From a bacterium (GTDB lineage: Bacteria > Sysuimicrobiota > Sysuimicrobiia > Sysuimicrobiales > Segetimicrobiaceae), in the NCBI GenBank assembly GCA_035703895.1, contig DASSXJ010000172.1:1-61932 (forward strand): DNA of 61,932 nucleotides, in the 5' to 3' direction. Shown piece by piece: positions 37,841 to 46,770 of this stretch (its first letter is position 1; each line of letters begins with the position of its first letter). Position numbers and translations under genes: made by a program. A model generated the notes under the pieces. That model worked only from the letters and a program-made list of their open reading frames with translations, made no database searches and was not told the DNA's origin.

Positions 37841-38410
37841 GTGGCAGGGACTCTCGCGGGCCGCGTGGTGGTGGTTGGGGTCTGCGGCAGCATCGCCGCG
37901 TACAAGGTGGCGATCGTCGTCCGCCGCCTTCATCAGGAAGGCGCGGACGTGCACGTGCTGATGACGCCGGCGGCCACGCGGTTCGTGGGGGCGGCCACCT
38001 TCAGGGCGCTGTCGCACCGTGCGGTGATCACCGACATGTGGGATCCCAACGGCCCGTGGGACGAGCCGCATGTGGCGCTCGGCGAACGCGCCGATGTCTA
38101 TCTGATCGCGCCCGCCACGGCGGACATGGTGGGGAAGCTGGCGGCCGGGCTCGCCGACGACCTCGTCTCCGCGACCGCGCTGGCGACGCGGGCTCCGGTG
38201 CTCGTCGTCCCCGCGATGAGCGATCGGATGGCGGAGGCGCCGGTCGTGCAGGACAACCTGGCGCGTCTCCGCGCGAGCGGCGTGCACGTGCTCGGGCCTG
38301 ACCGCGGGCCGCTGGCCTCGGGAAAGGTCGGCCTCGGCCGGATGGTCGAGCCCGACGCGATCGTCGCCGAAGTGGTGGCTCTCGCGGGCGGGCGCCCCGC
38401 GTCACGGTGA
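37841..38410 (+). CDS. coaC: Flavoprotein, phosphopantothenoylcysteine decarboxylase domain only (CoaC-like; no CoaB half)
   Basis: VVVVGVCGSIAAYKV, PAMSDRM, and ends at ..GLGRMVEPDAIVAEV.., the usual CoaC/CoaB junction. priA starts at the stop (GTGA). Confidence 0.8.
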   Translation: MAGTLAGRVVVVGVCGSIAAYKVAIVVRRLHQEGADVHVLMTPAATRFVGAATFRALSHRAVITDMWDPNGPWDEPHVALGERADVYLIAPATADMVGKLAAGLADDLVSATALATRAPVLVVPAMSDRMAEAPVVQDNLARLRASGVHVLGPDRGPLASGKVGLGRMVEPDAIVAEVVALAGGRPASR

Positions 38411-40512
38411 ATCAGGACGACGCGGCGTGCGCCGAGGTCCTGCTCGATCTCCCGGCGCGGAGCACCGACCGCTGCCTGACCTACCGGATTCCTGACCCGC
38501 TCCGGGACGCGATCCGGATCGGGTCACGCGTTCAGGTCCCGCTCGGGCCACGCACGACGCGCGGGTTCGTCATCGCGATGGCGCCCTCTGATCCCACGCC
38601 CGGTCGTCAGCTGCGCGAGATTCTCGCGGTCGCCGGTGTCCACCCACTCTTCTCGCCGGCGATGCTCGACCTCGCGCGCTGGATTGCCCAACAGACCGTC
38701 TCGTCGCTCCTCGAAGCCGTCCACTGTCTTGCGCCGCCGGAGATCTTCAGGCGTCGCTCCCTCCCCCCCGCCCGCCCTCGCGTCGCATCACTCGCGGAGC
38801 AGGGGGGCCTCGCCGCGCGGCTGGGTCCGCGGCAGGCCCGCATCCTCGCGGCGCTCCGCACCAGGGTGGAGGTGCCCATCGCGGAGTTGGTTCGGGAGGG
38901 GGGCCGGCCCGCGCTCCGGCGGCTCGTGGCTCAAGGGGCGGTCCTCGTCAAGGAGCCCGCGGCTGTCCCGCTCGGACCCCGGCCCGAGACCGCGGCCGTC
39001 CCCGTGCCTCCGACGCTGGTGTGGGGGGACTTCGAGGACCGGCGGGCATGGATCGTTGAGCGCGCCGTGGCGGCGGTGCACCGCGGCGGCCGGGTATTGA
39101 TCATCGTGCCCGAGATCGCGCGTGTGCCGGTGTTCGTGCGCCTCCTCGGTTCGACATTCGGGGACGGCGTCGCCGCGCTGCACTCGGGCATGGCCGCGCG
39201 GGAGCGGCAGGCCGCATGGATGCGGTGCGTCTCTGGCGAGGTCCGTGTGGTGGTGGGGACACGCTCCGCGTTGTTCGCGCCCCTTCATGGTGTGCGGCTG
39301 ATCATTGTGGATGATGAGGAGGATCCCGCGCACAAGGCCGACGCCGCACCACGGTACCATGCCAGGGACGTGGCGCTCCGGCGGGGCGCGCTCGCGGGCG
39401 CGCGCGTGGTGTTGGGGTCCCTGACCCCATCGATGGAGGCGTATGCCGAGGTGGCGTCCGGACGGATGAGGTGCGTGCGTCTCACCGCGAGGACCGCGCG
39501 TGCGCGGGTGACGCTCGTCGATCTCCGCATCGAGCGGGTGCGCGGCCGCTACGGCGTGCTCACTCCGCCGCTTCTCGCGGCCGTCCGCCGGCACCTCCGG
39601 GCGGGAGGGCGAGTCGCCCTCTTCCTCAACCGAACCGGCTACGCACGGGTATTGTTGTGTGACGAATGCGGATATACGGTGCGGTGTCCGGGTTGCGAGG
39701 TGACGACATCGTACGATAGGGAGAACCGCACGGTGTCCTGCCGGATCTGCGGGCGCGTGGCGCCGGCACCGGGAACGTGTCCGCGCTGCAGAGGGGTCGG
39801 GTTGCGGGGGATCGGGCCCGGCACGGAACGGGTCGAGGAGGTTGTCCGCCGGCTCTTTCCTGCGCTCGCGATCGCGCGACTCGATCGCGAGACGGCCCCG
39901 CAGTTCGATCGGATCGCCAAAGAGTTCGCCTCCGGCCGGATCCGCTTGGTCGTGGGCACCCAGATCTTGCTGCGGGCGCGCGAGATACGCCCCAGCATCG
40001 TCGGGGTGTGCGATGCCGATCTCCCCCTTCACCTCCCGGATTTTCGCGCCGCCGAGCGGACGCTCCAGCAGCTCCGCGCGATCGTCTCCCTCGCCGCGGG
40101 CCCTCCCGGCCCGGACGCGATTATCCAGACCCGAATCCCCAGTCATCCGGCGATTCGCGCCCTCGCAACCGGCGACGATGAGGCCGCCTACCGCGAAGAA
40201 CTGAAGACGAGGCGGGAACTCGGATACCCTCCCGCAACGACCCTGGCCCGCGTCGTCGCCGCAAGCGCCGTCCGCGAGGCCGCCGCGAAGATGGCCGAGG
40301 GGATCGCGGAATCGTCGCGCGCGCGGGGGGTGGAGGTGCTGGGCCCTGCGCCGGCGCGCGATCAGGGACGCGGGGTGTTTCGATATCAATGTGTCCTGCG
40401 TGCGCGCGATGCGGAGGTGGTCCGGGCCGCGGCACGCGCGGCGCTCGGGGACGCCCCCACGCGAAAGGGGAGCCGGCTCACCATCGAGATGGACCCCCAG
40501 GAATTTCCCTAG
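38407..40512 (+). CDS. priA: Primosomal protein N' (PriA) with degenerate helicase ATPase motifs
   Basis: N-terminal 3'-DNA-binding-like region, the Cys-rich region CDECGY..CPGC...CRICG...CPRC, and collinearity with E. coli PriA. Walker A, DEEH and motif VI are not conserved (see findings). Confidence 0.88.
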   Translation: MNQDDAACAEVLLDLPARSTDRCLTYRIPDPLRDAIRIGSRVQVPLGPRTTRGFVIAMAPSDPTPGRQLREILAVAGVHPLFSPAMLDLARWIAQQTVSSLLEAVHCLAPPEIFRRRSLPPARPRVASLAEQGGLAARLGPRQARILAALRTRVEVPIAELVREGGRPALRRLVAQGAVLVKEPAAVPLGPRPETAAVPVPPTLVWGDFEDRRAWIVERAVAAVHRGGRVLIIVPEIARVPVFVRLLGSTFGDGVAALHSGMAARERQAAWMRCVSGEVRVVVGTRSALFAPLHGVRLIIVDDEEDPAHKADAAPRYHARDVALRRGALAGARVVLGSLTPSMEAYAEVASGRMRCVRLTARTARARVTLVDLRIERVRGRYGVLTPPLLAAVRRHLRAGGRVALFLNRTGYARVLLCDECGYTVRCPGCEVTTSYDRENRTVSCRICGRVAPAPGTCPRCRGVGLRGIGPGTERVEEVVRRLFPALAIARLDRETAPQFDRIAKEFASGRIRLVVGTQILLRAREIRPSIVGVCDADLPLHLPDFRAAERTLQQLRAIVSLAAGPPGPDAIIQTRIPSHPAIRALATGDDEAAYREELKTRRELGYPPATTLARVVAASAVREAAAKMAEGIAESSRARGVEVLGPAPARDQGRGVFRYQCVLRARDAEVVRAAARAALGDAPTRKGSRLTIEMDPQEFP

Positions 40513-40516
40513 GCCG

Positions 40517-41017
40517 ATGGAGATCATCACGGTCGACAGTCCCAGAGCGAGTGTCCTCCGCCGCCGGGCGCAGCCGGTCCGGGTGGTCACCCGCGAGGTG
40601 CAAGCGTTGATCGACCAGATGTTTCAAACCATGCGCGACGCACACGGCCTCGGCCTCGCCGCCCCCCAGGTTGGGATGAGCCGCCGGCTGTTTGTCGCGC
40701 GCCTCGAAGATCGTCAGATCGTGCTCGTCGATCCGGAAGTCCTGCACCAGGAGGGCGAAGAGATCGCTACGGAGGCGTGCTTGAGCATCCCCGGGCTGTT
40801 GGGGGATGTGCCACGGGCCCAACGGGTGACCGTCCGCGGGCGCAACCGCCGCAACCGGTTTGTCACGATCGAAGCGACCGGTCTGTTGGCCCGGATCCTC
40901 CTCCACGAGATCGACCATCTGGATGGCATTCTCTTTACCGACCGAGTCCGCGATCCGAAGACGTTGCGTCGCGTGGAGGAAACTTCCGAAGTCGCCCCGG
41001 AGACCGCCACGGGATGA
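40517..41017 (+). CDS. def: Peptide deformylase
   Basis: GLAAPQVG, EACLSIPG and HEIDHLDG motifs. Confidence 0.95.
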   Translation: MEIITVDSPRASVLRRRAQPVRVVTREVQALIDQMFQTMRDAHGLGLAAPQVGMSRRLFVARLEDRQIVLVDPEVLHQEGEEIATEACLSIPGLLGDVPRAQRVTVRGRNRRNRFVTIEATGLLARILLHEIDHLDGILFTDRVRDPKTLRRVEETSEVAPETATG

Positions 41018-41946
41018 AGCTGGCCTTTCTGGGCACCCCGGAGTTTGCGGTCCCTTCACTCGAGGCGGCCCTCGCGGTCGGGGACGTCGTCGGGGTCGTC
41101 ACCCGCCCCGACAAGCCCCAGGGTCGAGGGTTGCGGGTGGCCCCGCCGCCCGTTGCCGTCGTGGCAACCCAGTACGCGCTCGATGTCCTCCAGCCCTCGA
41201 CGCTGCGGGATCCCGAGTTCCTGGCGCGCCTGCGGGGCCTCGAGCCTGACCTCATCGTGGTCGTCGCCTTTGGCCGGATCCTGCCGCCCGAGGTGCTCGC
41301 CGTGGCGCCGATGGGCGGCATCAACCTGCACCCGTCGTTCTTGCCCCGGTACCGCGGCGCCGCCCCGATTCCTCGGGCGATCGCCGCCGGGGACACGGAG
41401 ACCGGGGTGACCGTCCTCCACATGAGCGACGACCTCGATGCCGGGGACATCATCCTCCAGCGTCGGGTGCCGATTCACGCCGACGACACCTCCGCGACCC
41501 TCGAACCCCGGTTGGCCCGCGAAGGCGCGGCATTGCTCGTCGAGGCGCTGGCGTTGCTGGAGTCCGGCCGGGCTCCGCGCCAGCCTCAGGATCCCTCGCG
41601 CGTGACGTTTGCACCGAAACTCACCCAAGAAGAGGCGTTGATCCGCTGGAACAATTCAGCCGGCTCGATCGTCAACGTGGTGCGGGCGCTCGACCCCTGG
41701 CCCGTGGCGTACACGCTTCGCGACGGTGTCCCGCTCAAGATCTGGCGCGCGGTGGCCCGGCCCATCGGCGGCCCAGGAGCCCCCGGCATGGTGCTCGAGG
41801 CGGAGGGGGATCAGTTGGTCGTGTTCGCCGGTGAGGGGGCCGTGGAGTTGCTGGAGGTGCAGCCCGCCTCGGGGCGCCGCATGTCCGCCGCCGATTATCT
41901 CAGAGGCCACCCGCTCCGTCCCGGAACCGTGCTGGGAGCCCCTTAG
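41014..41946 (+). CDS. fmt: Methionyl-tRNA formyltransferase
   Basis: ATGA overlap with def. MKLAFLGTPEFAVPSL and NLHPSFLPRYRGAAPI. Confidence 0.95.
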   Translation: MKLAFLGTPEFAVPSLEAALAVGDVVGVVTRPDKPQGRGLRVAPPPVAVVATQYALDVLQPSTLRDPEFLARLRGLEPDLIVVVAFGRILPPEVLAVAPMGGINLHPSFLPRYRGAAPIPRAIAAGDTETGVTVLHMSDDLDAGDIILQRRVPIHADDTSATLEPRLAREGAALLVEALALLESGRAPRQPQDPSRVTFAPKLTQEEALIRWNNSAGSIVNVVRALDPWPVAYTLRDGVPLKIWRAVARPIGGPGAPGMVLEAEGDQLVVFAGEGAVELLEVQPASGRRMSAADYLRGHPLRPGTVLGAP

Positions 41947-42099
41947 TTATTACCGAGAGCGAATAAATGAACATACCATCGCGACACACCTCCAGGGAAT
42001 CCTTCACCAATTTGAACGCATGAATCGGATAGACCACCCATTCTGAGCATAGTACCCTTGCCGGAAGGGACGAGACCCTGCACAGGTGGGTGAGGTACC

Positions 42100-43122
42100 T
42101 TGGCTGCTACGCACAGGCTCAAACGGACTCGCCCGAACGAGGATCAGAGCGTAGGCGTCTCCGTGGGTCGTCCACGACCCTTCCGTTTCGGAGTCCTCGC
42201 GGAAAGCGTCCTCTCGCGCAAGGCTGTGCTTGACACAGCGCGCCGCGCAGAAGATGAGGGGTTCAGCACCTTCCTCATCCGTGATCACTTCATTGCAGAA
42301 CCCTTTGGCCACCAGTATGCTCCGTTGACGATGCTCGCGACCGTCGCGGGTGTGACGAAGACGCTACGGATCGGGAGCCTCGTCTTTGGGTGTGCCTATC
42401 GACACCCGGTGCTCCTTGCGAAGGAGATAGCCACCCTGGATGTCCTATCGGAGGGGCGCGTTGAGCTTGGCCTCGGGACCGGGTTCTCGCGCGTGGAGTA
42501 CGAGCGGGCCGGGATGGCCTTCGATCCACCAAACGCGCGCCTGGAACGTCTGGAAGAAGTCCTGCAGGTGCTGAAAGGCCTCTTCGCTGATGGACCGCTG
42601 ACATTCGATGGCAAGCATTACTCGGTTGCCGGTCTCGACGGGTTTCCGAAACCGGTCCAGCGACCGCACCCACCAATTCTCATTGGCGGCGCCGGCGCTC
42701 GGCTGCTTTCCGTCGCTGCTCAGGAGGCCGACATCATCGGGTTGCAAACCGTCGAAACAAAGCATGGTGTGGTTTCGCGAGAGCCGACGGCGCGAGTGGC
42801 CGACACCGTCATGCAGAAGATCGAACTGGTTCGGCAAACGGCGGGCCACCGATTTGGCGAAATTGAACTGAGCACCGTGGCGTCGGTGATCGTGACAGAT
42901 CATCGCGAGGAAGCGGCCGAACGGTTCGCGCGCGACCAGGGCTGGAGCGCGATTCCCACCGAGGAGGTGCTTGAAATGCCATCGGTGTTCATCGGTACTG
43001 TCGGGCAGGTCATCGTGGATATGCAGATGCGACGGGAGCGGTTCGGATTCTCCTACTATGTGATCTTGGATCGGGTCATGGACGAAGTTGCGCCGATTGT
43101 CAGCCGGTTGGCCGGAACATGA
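42100..43122 (+). CDS. Luciferase-like monooxygenase (LLM) class oxidoreductase, possibly F420-dependent
   Basis: RPFRFGV.. N-terminal pattern, ..AEDEGFSTFLIRDHF.., LGLGTG. TTG start with GGTGAGG upstream; a GTG at 42163 is the alternative. Confidence 0.78.
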   Translation: MAATHRLKRTRPNEDQSVGVSVGRPRPFRFGVLAESVLSRKAVLDTARRAEDEGFSTFLIRDHFIAEPFGHQYAPLTMLATVAGVTKTLRIGSLVFGCAYRHPVLLAKEIATLDVLSEGRVELGLGTGFSRVEYERAGMAFDPPNARLERLEEVLQVLKGLFADGPLTFDGKHYSVAGLDGFPKPVQRPHPPILIGGAGARLLSVAAQEADIIGLQTVETKHGVVSREPTARVADTVMQKIELVRQTAGHRFGEIELSTVASVIVTDHREEAAERFARDQGWSAIPTEEVLEMPSVFIGTVGQVIVDMQMRRERFGFSYYVILDRVMDEVAPIVSRLAGT

Positions 43123-43188
43123 TCGGCGAGGCCCTCATCCTTGGCCCGTCCGCAAACCTTGCACATCCCCGCCGAGACTTCCCGGCTG

Positions 43189-43197
43189 TGCTACAAT
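43189..43197 (+). promoter_or_regulatory. Possible extended -10 element (TGcTACAAT) upstream of the YugP-like gene
   Basis: Read directly, 22 nt upstream of the ATG at 43219. I found no convincing -35. Confidence 0.3.
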
Positions 43198-43218
43198 TTA
43201 ATCCTGGGAGGTGAAGGC

Positions 43219-43902
43219 ATGTTCTGGTTTTGGGACCCCACCATGATCATCGTCATTCCGGCCCTCCTCCTGGCGCTGTATGCGCAGCTCCGTGTGCAGT
43301 CGACGTACGCACAATATAGTCAGGTGCCGATCGGCAACCGGCTCACCGGCGCGCAGGTGGCGCAGGAGATCCTCCGCCGCAACGGTCTCTCCGGCGTCGA
43401 GATCGAGCGGACCGAAGGCGTACTCTCCGACCACTACGATCCCCGCGACCGGACCCTGAGCCTCTCGTCGGATGTGTACGACGGCATCTCCGTCGCCGCC
43501 GCGGGCGTGGCCGCGCACGAGACCGGTCACGCCATCCAGCACGCCCGAGGGTACGCGCCGCTGGCGTTGCGGTCGGCGATGGTGCCCACGGTCCAGTTTG
43601 GCTCCTGGCTGGCGTGGCCGATTTTCATCCTGGGCTTTCTGTTCCACTCCGGCACGATGATTCAGCTCGGCATCCTCGTCTTTACCGCCTTCGTCGCGTT
43701 CACGGTCGTCACGCTCCCGGTCGAGTTCGATGCCAGCGCCCGGGCGATGCGGGCCCTTCGGGAAGAGGGGCTGGTCACCGCCGACGAGCTTCAAGGGGTG
43801 CGTGCGGTGCTCACCGCCGCCGCGTTGACCTACGTCGCCGCGGCCGCGATGGCGATTCTCCAGTTGCTCCGCATGCTGTTGCTGGCGCGGCGTGAGGAGT
43901 GA
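43219..43902 (+). CDS. Zinc metallopeptidase, YugP family (membrane)
   Basis: MFWFWDPTMIIVIPALLLALYAQ..., HETGHAIQH, and C-terminal TM segments carrying the VEFDAS motif. Confidence 0.85.
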   Translation: MFWFWDPTMIIVIPALLLALYAQLRVQSTYAQYSQVPIGNRLTGAQVAQEILRRNGLSGVEIERTEGVLSDHYDPRDRTLSLSSDVYDGISVAAAGVAAHETGHAIQHARGYAPLALRSAMVPTVQFGSWLAWPIFILGFLFHSGTMIQLGILVFTAFVAFTVVTLPVEFDASARAMRALREEGLVTADELQGVRAVLTAAALTYVAAAAMAILQLLRMLLLARREE

Positions 43903-45289
43903 TCTCGCCCGACCGCATGCGACGCGGCGGATGGGCGGGCCGGGACCCGCGCCGGCGATCCCGCGTTCCGCTCGGGAGGCGGCCCTAGAGGTCCTGCACC
44001 GGGTCGACGCCCATCAAGCGTTCAGCGGGGTCCTGTTGCGGCGCGTCCTTGAGCGCGCGGGGCTGTCCGCGGCGGACGAAGCGCTGGCGGCGGAACTGAC
44101 TCTGGGGACGCTGCGCCACCGCGCCGAAGTCGATTGGGCGCTCTCCCATGCCTCGCACACGCCCCTCGATGATCTGCCCTCCCGTATCCGAGCCGTGCTC
44201 CGGATGGGGGCGTACACATTGATGTTCCTGGACCGGATCCCGGCGGCCGCGGCATGCTCCCAAGCCGTCGAGCTGGCCAAGCGCGCCGGCCATCGGGGGA
44301 CGGCTCGGCTTGTCAACGCCGTGCTTCGCCGGGTCGCTGCGGCCCCGGAAGCGATCCCGGAGGACGTGTCGACTCCCGAGGGGATCGCCCTCCGGCACTC
44401 CCATCCCCTCTGGCTCGTGCGCCGTTGGGTGGACCGGTTCGGCGTGGACGAGGCCCGCGCGCTGTGCCGGACGAACAACGTGGCACCGCCGGCATCGGTC
44501 CGCCTGAACACCCTCCGCGGCACGCCGGCGTCGGTCGCCGCTGCGATCGACGCGTTGGGGGTAGCGACCGCGCCTTCTACGCTCGCGCCCGAGGGGGCGC
44601 GAATCGTCCAGGCGTCCTCCCACGCGCGGCGCGCCGCGTATGCGGAGGGGTGGGTCTCTCCCCAGGACGAGGGATCGATGCTGGTGAGCCGGCTCGTGGC
44701 GCCGCGCCCGGGCGAGACGGTTGTGGACACGTGCGCAGGGTCGGGCGGCAAGGCGATGCATCTGGCCGCGTTGATGGAGAACCAGGGCCGCGTGATCGCC
44801 GCGGACATTGTCCCGGCGAAGCTCGCCGCCACCGCGCGTCACGCACAGCGGCTCGGCGTGACGATCGTCGAGGCGCGCCTCCTCGCCGCCGGGTCCCTGA
44901 CCGACGTGCTGCCGGCGGGGGCCGATCGCGTCCTCGTGGATGCGCCGTGCTCCGGCCTGGGCGTACTCCGGCGCCGCCCGGAGATCAGGTGGCGGATTCA
45001 GCCCGAGCAGTTGTCCGTCCTCGCCGCCCGGCAGCGCGCCATCGTGGAGGATGCGTCCGCCGCGGTCCGCCCTGGGGGTCTCCTGGTGTTCTCGGTCTGC
45101 ACGCTCGAGCCGGAGGAAGGTCCCGCCGTGGTCGCCGGGTTTCTCGACGCCCACCCCGAGTTCGATCCCGAGCCCATCGACGGGGCCGTCTTCGCTCCGG
45201 TGTCTCGCGCGCCGGGCCGCGCGTTTCTCTACCCGCATCTGCACGGCACCGACGGGTTCTTCGTCGCGGTGTGCCGGCGGAGACTATGA
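43892..45289 (+). CDS. rsmB: 16S rRNA (cytosine967-C5)-methyltransferase RsmB/Sun
   Basis: NusB-like N-terminus, DTCAGSGGK, DAPCSGLGVLRRRPE and FSVCTLEPEE. An ATG at 43931 is an alternative start. Confidence 0.9.
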   Translation: MRSDLARPHATRRMGGPGPAPAIPRSAREAALEVLHRVDAHQAFSGVLLRRVLERAGLSAADEALAAELTLGTLRHRAEVDWALSHASHTPLDDLPSRIRAVLRMGAYTLMFLDRIPAAAACSQAVELAKRAGHRGTARLVNAVLRRVAAAPEAIPEDVSTPEGIALRHSHPLWLVRRWVDRFGVDEARALCRTNNVAPPASVRLNTLRGTPASVAAAIDALGVATAPSTLAPEGARIVQASSHARRAAYAEGWVSPQDEGSMLVSRLVAPRPGETVVDTCAGSGGKAMHLAALMENQGRVIAADIVPAKLAATARHAQRLGVTIVEARLLAAGSLTDVLPAGADRVLVDAPCSGLGVLRRRPEIRWRIQPEQLSVLAARQRAIVEDASAAVRPGGLLVFSVCTLEPEEGPAVVAGFLDAHPEFDPEPIDGAVFAPVSRAPGRAFLYPHLHGTDGFFVAVCRRRL

Positions 45290-46407
45290 TGGCGGCCCCC
45301 CCACAGGCCCTGCCCGACCTGCGGGGCAGACTGCTGCCCGAACTCGAAGCGCTCGCGCAACAGCTGGGCGCGCCGCGGTACCGCGGCCGACAGATCGCCC
45401 GATGGTTGTACGTGCATGGAGCGGACGCTGTGGAGGAGATGACGGATCTCCCGCACGCCTTACGCGAGCGCCTCTCGACGACGGCGCGGATCCACCGGCT
45501 CACGGTCCGCCGGACGCAGAACGCCCAAGATGGATCGGCCACGAAGCACCTCGTGGCGCTGGAGGACGGCCAGAGCGTCGAGTGCGTCCGCATGCGGTTC
45601 GATGACGGGCGGCGCAGCGCGTGCATCAGCACGCAGGCCGGATGCGCGATGGGGTGCGCGTTCTGCGCCACCGGATTGGGCGGGTTCGCGCGCAACCTCT
45701 CCGCCGGCGAGATCCTGGGGCAGTTCCTGCTGATCAAGGCGCACGGGCGGACGCGGATCTCACATGTGGTGTTCATGGGGATGGGCGAACCGCTGGCCAA
45801 CTACGATGCCACGGTGAGGGCGGTGAGGATCCTGGCGGCCCCCTACGGGATGGGGATCGGGATGCGCCACATCACGGTGTCCACCGTCGGCCTCGCCCCG
45901 CAGATTCGGCGGCTCGCCGGGGAGCATCTGCAGATGACGTTGGCCGTGTCGTTGCACGCCCCGACCGACGAGCTGCGGGACCGGCTCGTCCCGATCAACC
46001 GCCGGTATCCGCTCGCGGAGCTGATGGCGGCGTGCCGCGACTACCATGCCGCGACCCGCCGCCGGGTGACGTTCGAGTACGTGCTGATCGACGGCCTGAA
46101 CGACCACCCCGCGGAGGCGCGCGCCCTGGTACGCGTGACCGGTAATCTCCAGTGTCACATCAACGTGATTCCGCTCAATCCCGTGGCCGGCGTCCCGTTT
46201 GCCCGGCCGCCACTGGCCCGGGTGCGGGCGTTCGAAGCGGTGCTGCGGGACGCCGGCGTGCCCGTCACGGTGCGGATCGAGCGCGGCGGAGAGATCCAGG
46301 CGGCGTGCGGGCAGCTCCGGCTCGCCGATGGAGTGGGGCGCCCATCGCCGTGGACACCGGCCCCCGCTGCGCCGGTGGGCGCGCCCGTGCGCGGAGGACC
46401 GCGGTGA
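45286..46407 (+). CDS. rlmN: 23S rRNA/tRNA adenine-C2 methyltransferase RlmN (radical SAM)
   Basis: ATGA overlap with rsmB. YRGRQIARWLY, the GCAMGCAFCATG cluster, and VFMGMGEPLAN. The first 344 codons of ORF 44254.. are an out-of-frame shadow of rsmB. Confidence 0.95.
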   Translation: MMAAPPQALPDLRGRLLPELEALAQQLGAPRYRGRQIARWLYVHGADAVEEMTDLPHALRERLSTTARIHRLTVRRTQNAQDGSATKHLVALEDGQSVECVRMRFDDGRRSACISTQAGCAMGCAFCATGLGGFARNLSAGEILGQFLLIKAHGRTRISHVVFMGMGEPLANYDATVRAVRILAAPYGMGIGMRHITVSTVGLAPQIRRLAGEHLQMTLAVSLHAPTDELRDRLVPINRRYPLAELMAACRDYHAATRRRVTFEYVLIDGLNDHPAEARALVRVTGNLQCHINVIPLNPVAGVPFARPPLARVRAFEAVLRDAGVPVTVRIERGGEIQAACGQLRLADGVGRPSPWTPAPAAPVGAPVRGGPR

Positions 46408-46754
46408 ATGTGGGCGCCCGCGACACCCGCGTCTACCGGCCCCGAGAGGTGGGACCGCGGTTGCGCGTCCTCGGCGGTCCGCCGGGCGCGGCCGGCCGCG
46501 AGTTCGCGCTCGAGGGTCCGGTGGTGACCGTCGGGCGCCGAGCCGATCAAGACATCGTGCTGATCGATCCCAGCGTCAGCCGGTCGCACGCGCGGATCGA
46601 ACTTGGGCCCGCAGGGGTGGCCATTCTCGACTTGGGGAGCACGAACGGGACGGTCGTCAACGGCCAGCGGCTGCGCGGATCGCGCGCGACGCTCCGGGGA
46701 GGCGAGCGCATCGAGATCGGCACCGTCGTGCTCGAGTTCCTCGCGCCGTCATGA
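46404..46754 (+). CDS. FHA domain-containing protein (116 aa)
   Basis: GTGA overlap with rlmN. VTVGRRADQDIVLIDPSVSRSHARI..LGSTNGTVVNG. Confidence 0.85.
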   Translation: MNVGARDTRVYRPREVGPRLRVLGGPPGAAGREFALEGPVVTVGRRADQDIVLIDPSVSRSHARIELGPAGVAILDLGSTNGTVVNGQRLRGSRATLRGGERIEIGTVVLEFLAPS

Positions 46755-46770
46755 GCGTGGAGCGACGCCG

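Noticed and set aside
44254-45285. A 717-aa ORF suggesting a large N-terminally extended RlmN fusion
   Set aside because: The first 344 codons are an out-of-frame read of rsmB and are Arg/Gly/Pro-rich. The conserved RlmN sequence begins at the ATG at 45286, which forms an ATGA overlap with the rsmB stop.
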